DNA of 4,514 nucleotides from a virus (lineage: Duplodnaviria > Heunggongvirae > Uroviricota > Caudoviricetes): IMG/VR virus record IMGVR_UViG_2585427748_000002; one strand, 5' to 3'. A program made the translations under genes and the position numbers. The first letter of the stretch is position 1; the number at the start of each line of letters is the position of its first letter. This document shows positions 1 through 4,514 of this stretch, piece after piece. The notes under the pieces were generated by a model that searched no databases, was not told the DNA's origin, and saw only the letters and a list, made by a program, of their open reading frames with translations.

Positions 1-166
1 GCTCTGTCGCTTCACTCAGTGCCATCAATGATGCTGCCGTCATTGGCACATCATTATTATCAGCATCCGTCCGGAAAAATTTCTCTGGCAACTTAAAACA
101 ATATCCTATATATCCGGCGTCTCCGGTATGTAGAACGTGAAGTTTTTAAAATTATTCATTTACCAT

Positions 167-679
167 TTAACTAATTTTTAGATCCTGGGGTACTCCCGTC
201 TTTTTCATTGCCTCCACGAAAGCGGAACTAACAGAACCTGACCAGTAATACTGGAACCCACTAACAACGCCCTGATAAATCATGGTTTGTGTAGCACCAC
301 CTACGTTTACGGTGATGTTACCTGCTTTACCACCGGCTAAATAAACAGCAGCTGTCGGTGTAGAGTTCGTCAAAAAGTGAGAAAGTGTAACGACAGCCCC
401 TACCAGCCTCCCTGATCCGCAGCTTGCGGCGTTTGTAATTGTACCTTTACTTTTTTCTTCTAAAGGCCAGTCAGCGCCAACTGCGCCCCAGTTATCAACC
501 TTGTCAGAGTATTTCCATTTATAGTACTCAGTTGCAATTTTACAGCCCATAGTTCGCCCAACCATTTGGCTCATCATAAAAGGTTTACTCAGTCCCAGTT
601 TGGTTCCGGCGGCTCCCATCCACTGCTCACCTGTTTCGCTCTTAGCCGAAGAGCCTACCCATCCCGATGTTACCCCCAT
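167..679 (-). CDS. Hypothetical protein of about 170 aa, Gly/Trp/Tyr-rich, no recognisable family; accessory gene downstream of stf in the position lambda uses for tfa
   Basis: The ORF track gives 167-724 with a TTG start, but the first ATG (679-677) is preceded by a strong Shine-Dalgarno GGGGGAG with a 5-nt spacer, so I place the start there. An in-frame stop at 749-751 prevents upstream extension. Stop TAA at 169-167. No signal peptide or transmembrane segment is visible, and there is no resemblance to lambda Tfa. GC content appears somewhat lower than in stf. Confidence 0.6.
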   Translation of the reverse strand: MGVTSGWVGSSAKSETGEQWMGAAGTKLGLSKPFMMSQMVGRTMGCKIATEYYKWKYSDKVDNWGAVGADWPLEEKSKGTITNAASCGSGRLVGAVVTLSHFLTNSTPTAAVYLAGGKAGNITVNVGGATQTMIYQGVVSGFQYYWSGSVSSAFVEAMKKTGVPQDLKIS

Positions 680-701
680 CTCATCTCCCCCTTCTGAATG
701 C

Positions 702-722
702 GTGGGGTGAGTGTCACCCCAC
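702..722 (-). other. Perfect 9-bp inverted repeat (stem-loop or protein-binding palindrome) between stf and the downstream gene
   Basis: Seen in sequence: gtggggtga (702-710), 3-nt loop, tcaccccac (714-722). It sits about 20 nt upstream of the SD of the 170-aa gene and has no following T-tract, so it is not a canonical intrinsic terminator. Confidence 0.4.
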
Positions 723-764
723 AATTTAAATTCAGTAGAAACCAGAAACTACAACAGCTGTCGT

Positions 765-2324
765 TTACTTCTCCCGGAGTTCTTTAATCTCATGACGAAG
801 TGTTTTAAAGCCCTCGACTAACAATGCAATTATGCCGTTGTAGTTAAGACGCAGACGTTTTTCACCAGATATAACGTCTGCGTCTTCAGTTACCAGTTCA
901 GGCAATGCTTTTTGTGCATCCTGAGCAATTAAACCAACCGACGTTTGCCAACCGTCGGCAGAGTACTGTATCTCGTAAAGATAACCAGTAAGTGCCTCCA
1001 GACGATCTAACGCATTATCCAGTTTTACCAGATTTCGCTTGTTGCGTTTATCCGAACGGATCTGAATATCGTTAAATGAGCCGTTTCCGGTCACCGTCAA
1101 ATTGCCATTAATACCACCATTAAAAGTTTGTGCCTGAGTCCATGTATTGGCAGTAGTAAGCAGTTCTGTTCCTTGCCCGGGGGCTCCTGTGTCTCCCTTC
1201 GGTCCCTGTGGCCCCGCCGGACCTGCTGGACCTGCTACTCCCGGATCACCTTTATCGCCTTTCGGCCCCGGCGCCCCTGCCGGACCTGCTGGTCCAGCCA
1301 CTCCCGGATCGCCTTTGTCACCTTTTGGCCCCTGTGCGCCTGCCGGGCCTGCAGCTCCCGTATCTCCCTTTGCCCCCTGTGGACCTGCATTTCCCGTCAG
1401 ACCGGTCTCTCCCCTGTCGCCTTTCGGCCCCTGCGGGCCTGCCGGACCAGCATCACCTGCCGGCCCCCGTTCACCGGTTGCCCCTGCCGGGCCGGTGTCG
1501 CCACGCTCTCCTTTATCTCCCTTCGGCCCCTGAGGACCCGCGGGCCCCGGTTCCCCCTTTGGCCCGGGAGGTCCCACCACGGTGGGGATTCGGTTTACGG
1601 CCTCTTCCGCCGCTATCCTGCTTTGTTCCGCTGACTGTGCGCTTTCTGCTGACTCCCGGGCTTTTTCTGTTGCGGTCGTTGCATCCCTGACTGCATTACC
1701 GGCTGCACTTTCTGCCGTCTTTTTTGACAACTCAGCATCTGTTGCACTTTGTAATGACTCACTGGCTTTTTGAGCGGCCGCAGAGGCCGAGGACGAGGAC
1801 GCCTCCTCTGACTGCTTTGCTGAGGCTGCACTTTCTGCCGCCTGCCGGGCTGACTCCGATGCATCCCCTGCTGAAGTGTCAGCATTTGCAGCGCTCTCTT
1901 CTGCCTGACTGGCTGATATGCCGGCATTCCTCGCTGACGTCTCCGCCTCTCCGGCATTCTTCTTCGCCTCCTCTGCGTTACGCACCACCTCTTCCACCAT
2001 CAGTTCAAAGCGACGCAGTGCCTCCGGACGGGCATCATCCTCCGTCATGGCACCGAGAAAATCATTCAGCGTACCGGGTTGAGAATCTTCATACACGGTG
2101 ATGGTCCCGGCATGTGACGGCGGGAACCCTTCCACCAACAGAATAACGCTGTACTGACCGTACTCAACGTCCATGCTGTAACGCCCGGCTTCATCCGGAT
2201 TTTCTGAGGCCAGCGTGTTCACCACCACCGTGGTGCTGTTACGTTTTGCTTTCAGCTGGATTGTGCAGTTCTGTACCGGTTTTCCTGTGCCGTCTTTCAG
2301 TACACCTGAAATCTTTACTGCCAT
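765..2324 (-). CDS. stf: Side tail fibre protein (lambda Stf-like N-terminal tail-attachment domain, Ala/Ser/Glu-rich linker, collagen-like Gly-X-Y tract, C-terminal intramolecular chaperone / peptidase S74-type auto-cleaving domain)
   Basis: The translation from the ATG at 2324 begins [36 protein letters not shown], matching recalled lambda Stf (orf-401). The ORF-track start at 2330 is a GTG two codons upstream; GGGGTG lies a few nt before the ATG. Track residues about 118-247 are an A/S/E-rich low-complexity region, and about 253-386 are roughly 44 Gly-X-Y triplets ([26 protein letters not shown]...). The C-terminus carries the motif [31 protein letters not shown], which fits the S-D-x-R-x-K auto-proteolysis signature of tail fibre and endosialidase intramolecular chaperone domains. 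Stop TAA at 767-765. Confidence 0.9.
   Translation of the reverse strand: MAVKISGVLKDGTGKPVQNCTIQLKAKRNSTTVVVNTLASENPDEAGRYSMDVEYGQYSVILLVEGFPPSHAGTITVYEDSQPGTLNDFLGAMTEDDARPEALRRFELMVEEVVRNAEEAKKNAGEAETSARNAGISASQAEESAANADTSAGDASESARQAAESAASAKQSEEASSSSASAAAQKASESLQSATDAELSKKTAESAAGNAVRDATTATEKARESAESAQSAEQSRIAAEEAVNRIPTVVGPPGPKGEPGPAGPQGPKGDKGERGDTGPAGATGERGPAGDAGPAGPQGPKGDRGETGLTGNAGPQGAKGDTGAAGPAGAQGPKGDKGDPGVAGPAGPAGAPGPKGDKGDPGVAGPAGPAGPQGPKGDTGAPGQGTELLTTANTWTQAQTFNGGINGNLTVTGNGSFNDIQIRSDKRNKRNLVKLDNALDRLEALTGYLYEIQYSADGWQTSVGLIAQDAQKALPELVTEDADVISGEKRLRLNYNGIIALLVEGFKTLRHEIKELREK
1173..1574 (-). repeat. Collagen-like Gly-X-Y coding repeat tract inside stf, including an imperfect 63-bp tandem duplication at about 1206-1331
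   Basis: Seen in sequence: GC-rich triplet periodicity encoding GPxGxxG repeats. The protein segments [21 protein letters not shown] and [21 protein letters not shown] are adjacent 21-aa units, with DNA copies at about 1269-1331 and 1206-1268 that are similar but not identical. The lack of stops here in several frames on both strands explains the stacked ORF-track hits. Confidence 0.75.
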
Positions 2325-2335
2325 ATTCACCCCAC

Positions 2336-2362
2336 AAAAAAGCCCGCCTGAACCGGCGGGCT
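2336..2362 (-). terminator. Rho-independent terminator candidate immediately downstream of lom
   Basis: Seen in sequence: 8-bp GC-rich stem agcccgcc (2341-2348) pairing with ggcgggct (2355-2362), 6-nt loop, followed on the minus strand by a T run (plus-strand A at 2336-2340). It sits 27 bp after the lom stop and just upstream of the stf start. Confidence 0.65.
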
Positions 2363-2388
2363 GTTATAACACTGTGTTACCTGGCTAA

Positions 2389-2988
2389 TCAGAACTTATA
2401 ACCGACACCCACGATGAAACCGTCAGTGCGCCAGTCGCCACTGCCGGAACCTTCATAAGCAAGGTCAATGGTCACGGATTCGGTCGGGTTAAACTGCACG
2501 CCAGCCCCCCACGCCAGAGACGTGTTGCTGTGGCGACCGTCATCACTTCCGGTCAGCACATCGTGCGTTTTCCCCTTGTTGTCAGTTACGCGGAGATAAT
2601 CCCCGGAGAAAGTCGACACACGGCTGTAAGCCACACCCACCATCGCATACGCGCTGAACCATTCATTCACGCGTACAGACGGCCCCACCATCACGCTGAA
2701 CCAGCGGTTACGCACGGAATCTTCATGCCAGCGGGTATCGCTGTAGTGCGTTTTTTGCTCATCCTCAGCATTGGCATAACTGAAGGACGTAATCAGCCCC
2801 AGCGCGTCCGTAAACTCATAACGGTATTTCACGTTAATCCCGTTCAGATTATCGCTGCCGGGAACGTTCGTCGAGGCATGGAGATACCCCGCGCTCAGCG
2901 TGGACTGATGTTCTGCTGCACTCGCTGGCGTAGCAGCGGCGACCTGCCAGACTACTGCGGACAAAATAACAGCACAAACTTTACGCAT
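2389..2988 (-). CDS. lom: Lom outer membrane protein (Ail/Lom/PagC/Rck family 8-strand beta-barrel); lysogenic-conversion-type cargo gene
   Basis: The 199-aa translation has an N-terminal signal peptide (MRKVCAVILSAVVWQVAAATPASA|AEHQ), the Lom-like stretch STLSAGYLHASTNVPGSDNLNGINVKYRYEFTD...RWHEDSVRNRWFSVMVGPSVRVNEWFSAYAM...GSGSGDWRTDGFIVGVGYKF, and a C-terminal aromatic F typical of outer membrane beta-barrels. SD-like GAGG sits 6 nt upstream of the ATG. The gene lies between J-like sequence and stf, as in lambda. Confidence 0.93.
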   Translation of the reverse strand: MRKVCAVILSAVVWQVAAATPASAAEHQSTLSAGYLHASTNVPGSDNLNGINVKYRYEFTDALGLITSFSYANAEDEQKTHYSDTRWHEDSVRNRWFSVMVGPSVRVNEWFSAYAMVGVAYSRVSTFSGDYLRVTDNKGKTHDVLTGSDDGRHSNTSLAWGAGVQFNPTESVTIDLAYEGSGSGDWRTDGFIVGVGYKF

Positions 2989-3012
2989 AATTACCTCTCG
3001 CTTTTCTGCAAT

Positions 3013-3036
3013 AAAAAAGGCGCCATTTCTGGCGCC
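3013..3036 (-). terminator. Rho-independent terminator candidate downstream of the Nu1::J ORF (tJ-like)
   Basis: Seen in sequence: the palindrome ggcgcc (3019-3024), a 6-nt loop, then ggcgcc (3031-3036) forms a GC stem, followed on the minus strand by a run of six T (plus-strand A at 3013-3018). It lies between the ORF stop (3056) and the lom start (2988). Confidence 0.6.
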
Positions 3037-3055
3037 CGTATATGGGTTATAAAAT

Positions 3056-4219
3056 TCAGCTGATACTGATGCCTGCGGTGGCTTTCTTCATCACCACAAC
3101 CAGCAAATCGCTGATACTTGCTGTGGGATACCAGTTATTCACCAGCCATGCTGATACCGAAAACTCCAGCGTCATGTGACCGTGACCGGCAGGCATATCA
3201 ATAACGCCACTGTAAATCAGCGTATTATCCAGCGCGGTACGGTTATAAATTTCAGCACCGTTTTTCCGCACTATCAGACGGCATGAGGAGTAAATATCAG
3301 TATGCTCTCTCTCATGCTTAGCGCCGCTGAATGCCACCGCCGGAATAACAATTTGCCGGTCAAAAGGCTGATCGTCATAAATCCTGACGGTAACGGTCCC
3401 TGATGGCCACCGCTCCGGTGCCCGGGAGTCCCGCGGAAAAGCCTTACCCACTGTTTTAACGAGATCGCCTTCAATCTGGTTCGCGGACAGTTTTCCCAGA
3501 ACCCGACAGTTCTCGTTAATCGTGACGTTGTTGAGCGTCCCGGAATTCGCATTCACGTTACCGCTGATATCAGCATTTCTTGCGGTCAGCCTGCCCTCCG
3601 GCGTCAGGGAAAACGTCGGGGGATTGCCGGACGAGGTGATACTCACCGCAAACAGCCGCTTCAGGAACACATCGTTCATGAACAACTGATTCCCCTGCGC
3701 CACAAATAACGGCGTGGTGTTGCCGTCCTCCGGGTTAATCATCGCAATACGGTCAGCCAGCAGCAGTATGTTGCTCAGGGGCTGGCCATCAGTATCCTCA
3801 AAACGCCGCTGCACCGACAGGGGGATCCCGTCGAGAATACTGGCAATTTCACCTGCGATCCGCGACAGCACGAAAGTACAGAATGCGGTTTCCACCACTT
3901 CAGCTGAGTCTCTGGCATTCTTCAGTTCCTGTGCGTCGGCCTGCGCACGCGTAAGTCGATGGCGTTCGTACTCAATAGTCCCTGGCTGGAGATCTGTCTC
4001 GCTGGCCTGCCGCAGTTCTTCAACTTCCCGGCGCAGCTTTTCGTTCTCAATTTCAGCATCCCTTTCGGCATACCATTTTATGACGGCGGCAGAATCATAA
4101 AGCACCTCATTACCCTTGCCACCGCCTCGCAGAACGGGCATTCCCTGTTCCTGCCAGTTCTGAATGGTACGGATACTCGCACCGAAAATGTCAGCCAGCT
4201 GCTTTTTGTTGACTTCCAT
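3056..4219 (-). CDS. Chimeric ORF: terminase small subunit Nu1 N-terminal 140 aa (winged-HTH DNA-binding and self-association region) fused in frame to a ~247-aa J-like host-specificity C-terminal receptor-binding domain; probable deletion remnant
   Basis: Translation starts [39 protein letters not shown] and stays Nu1-like through ...[13 protein letters not shown] (codon 140, plus-strand 3800-3802), matching recalled lambda Nu1. After that it diverges from Nu1 (lambda continues PELENRHVDF) into [27 protein letters not shown]...[34 protein letters not shown]. That tail ends 67 bp upstream of lom with a terminator in between, which is where the 3-prime end of J sits in lambda. ATG at 4219-4217, stop TGA at 3058-3056. 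Assignment of the C-terminal part to J rests on position and recalled similarity, not a search. Confidence 0.8.
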   Translation of the reverse strand: MEVNKKQLADIFGASIRTIQNWQEQGMPVLRGGGKGNEVLYDSAAVIKWYAERDAEIENEKLRREVEELRQASETDLQPGTIEYERHRLTRAQADAQELKNARDSAEVVETAFCTFVLSRIAGEIASILDGIPLSVQRRFEDTDGQPLSNILLLADRIAMINPEDGNTTPLFVAQGNQLFMNDVFLKRLFAVSITSSGNPPTFSLTPEGRLTARNADISGNVNANSGTLNNVTINENCRVLGKLSANQIEGDLVKTVGKAFPRDSRAPERWPSGTVTVRIYDDQPFDRQIVIPAVAFSGAKHEREHTDIYSSCRLIVRKNGAEIYNRTALDNTLIYSGVIDMPAGHGHMTLEFSVSAWLVNNWYPTASISDLLVVVMKKATAGISIS

Positions 4220-4240
4220 TGTTCATTCCACGGACAAAAA

Positions 4241-4408
4241 CAGAGAAAGGAAACGACAAAGGCCAAAAAGCCCGCTTTCAGCACCTGTCGTTTCCTTTCT
4301 TTTCAGGGGGTATTTTAAATAAAAACATTAAGTTACGACGAAGAAGAACGGAAACACCTTAAACCGGAAAATTTTCATAAATAGCGAAAACCCGCGAGGT
4401 CGCCGCCC
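4241..4408 (-). promoter_or_regulatory. cos: lambda-type cos site: cosN cohesive-end sequence plus cosB (Nu1-binding R1, R2, R3 elements and an AT-rich IHF-type site)
   Basis: Seen in sequence: plus-strand 4397-4408 aggtcgccgccc is the reverse complement of GGGCGGCGACCT, the lambda 12-nt cohesive end. Three copies of the cgtttcc(t/g)ttct motif lie at about 4244-4255 (R1, reverse orientation on plus strand), 4289-4306 (R2) and 4340-4355 (R3), with an AT-rich stretch at 4307-4335 between R2 and R3. Spacing from cosN to the Nu1 ATG at 4219 is about 190 bp, as in lambda. Positions 4409-4514 match the recalled non-coding right end of lambda (the cosQ side). Recognition is from memory of the lambda sequence. 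Confidence 0.85.
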
Positions 4409-4514
4409 CGTAACCTGTCGGATCACCGGAAAGGACCCGTAAAGTGATAATGATTATCATCTACATATCACAACGTGCGTGGAGGCCATCAAACCACGTC
4501 AAATAATCAATTAT

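Noticed and set aside
722-724. TTG start codon proposed by the ORF track for the 185-aa ORF
   Set aside because: There is no Shine-Dalgarno sequence upstream of it and it overlaps the palindrome. The ATG at 679-677 has a strong GGGGGAG RBS at ideal spacing, so the 170-aa version is preferred.
680-764. Missing tfa (tail fibre assembly chaperone) expected after stf
   Set aside because: This is not an annotation gap. The stf-like protein carries its own C-terminal intramolecular chaperone motif, which in other fibres removes the need for a separate Tfa, and the downstream gene does not resemble Tfa.
1128-2101. Plus-strand ORFs 1128-1634, 1147-1533, 1208-1690, 1582-1773 and 1724-2101, and the minus-strand alternate-frame ORF 1613-1957
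   Set aside because: They overlap the stf coding region in antisense or alternate frames. The GC-rich, repetitive Gly-X-Y and Ala/Ser-rich coding sequence lacks stop codons in several frames, and the translations are low-complexity Pro/Arg/Ser-rich with no RBS support. The stf frame is explained by clear homology.
2328-2330. GTG start proposed by the ORF track for stf (MNMAVK...)
   Set aside because: The ATG two codons downstream (2324-2322) gives the lambda Stf N-terminus MAVKISG and has a G-rich RBS-like sequence upstream. The GTG would overlap the T-tract of the lom terminator.
2530-3063. Plus-strand ORF of 177 aa antisense to lom
   Set aside because: It is fully contained within and antisense to a confidently identified lom gene, with no independent start or RBS evidence and no recognisable product.
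3274-4318. ORFs 3274-3552 (minus), 3714-4100 (plus), 3959-4318 (plus) and 4078-4284 (minus)
   Set aside because: They are alternate-frame or antisense ORFs overlapping the Nu1::J ORF or the cosB region. The Nu1 frame is recognisable from its start, and the others have basic or low-complexity translations and overlap R elements.
4220-4514. Possible CRISPR or other repeat array suggested by the repeated cgtttcc motifs
   Set aside because: There are only three copies in mixed orientation with irregular spacing, and they match the arrangement of Nu1-binding R elements of cosB next to cosN. There are no regular spacers.

Overview
This window reads as a segment of a lambda-like (lambdoid) prophage, with every supportable gene on the minus strand. 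In minus-strand order it contains a lambda-type cos site (cosN plus cosB R elements), a 387-aa ORF whose first 140 codons are terminase small subunit Nu1 fused in frame to a J-like C-terminal receptor-binding domain, an intrinsic terminator, lom, a second terminator, a side tail fibre gene (stf-like, with a collagen-like Gly-X-Y tract and a C-terminal self-cleaving chaperone domain), and a 170-aa gene of unknown function. The most notable feature is the Nu1::J fusion, which implies that the head and tail morphogenesis genes lying between Nu1 and the end of J were deleted while cos, lom and stf were kept. I see no rRNA, tRNA, CRISPR array or IS element. All homology statements come from reading the translations and from recalled lambda biology; no database search was run.
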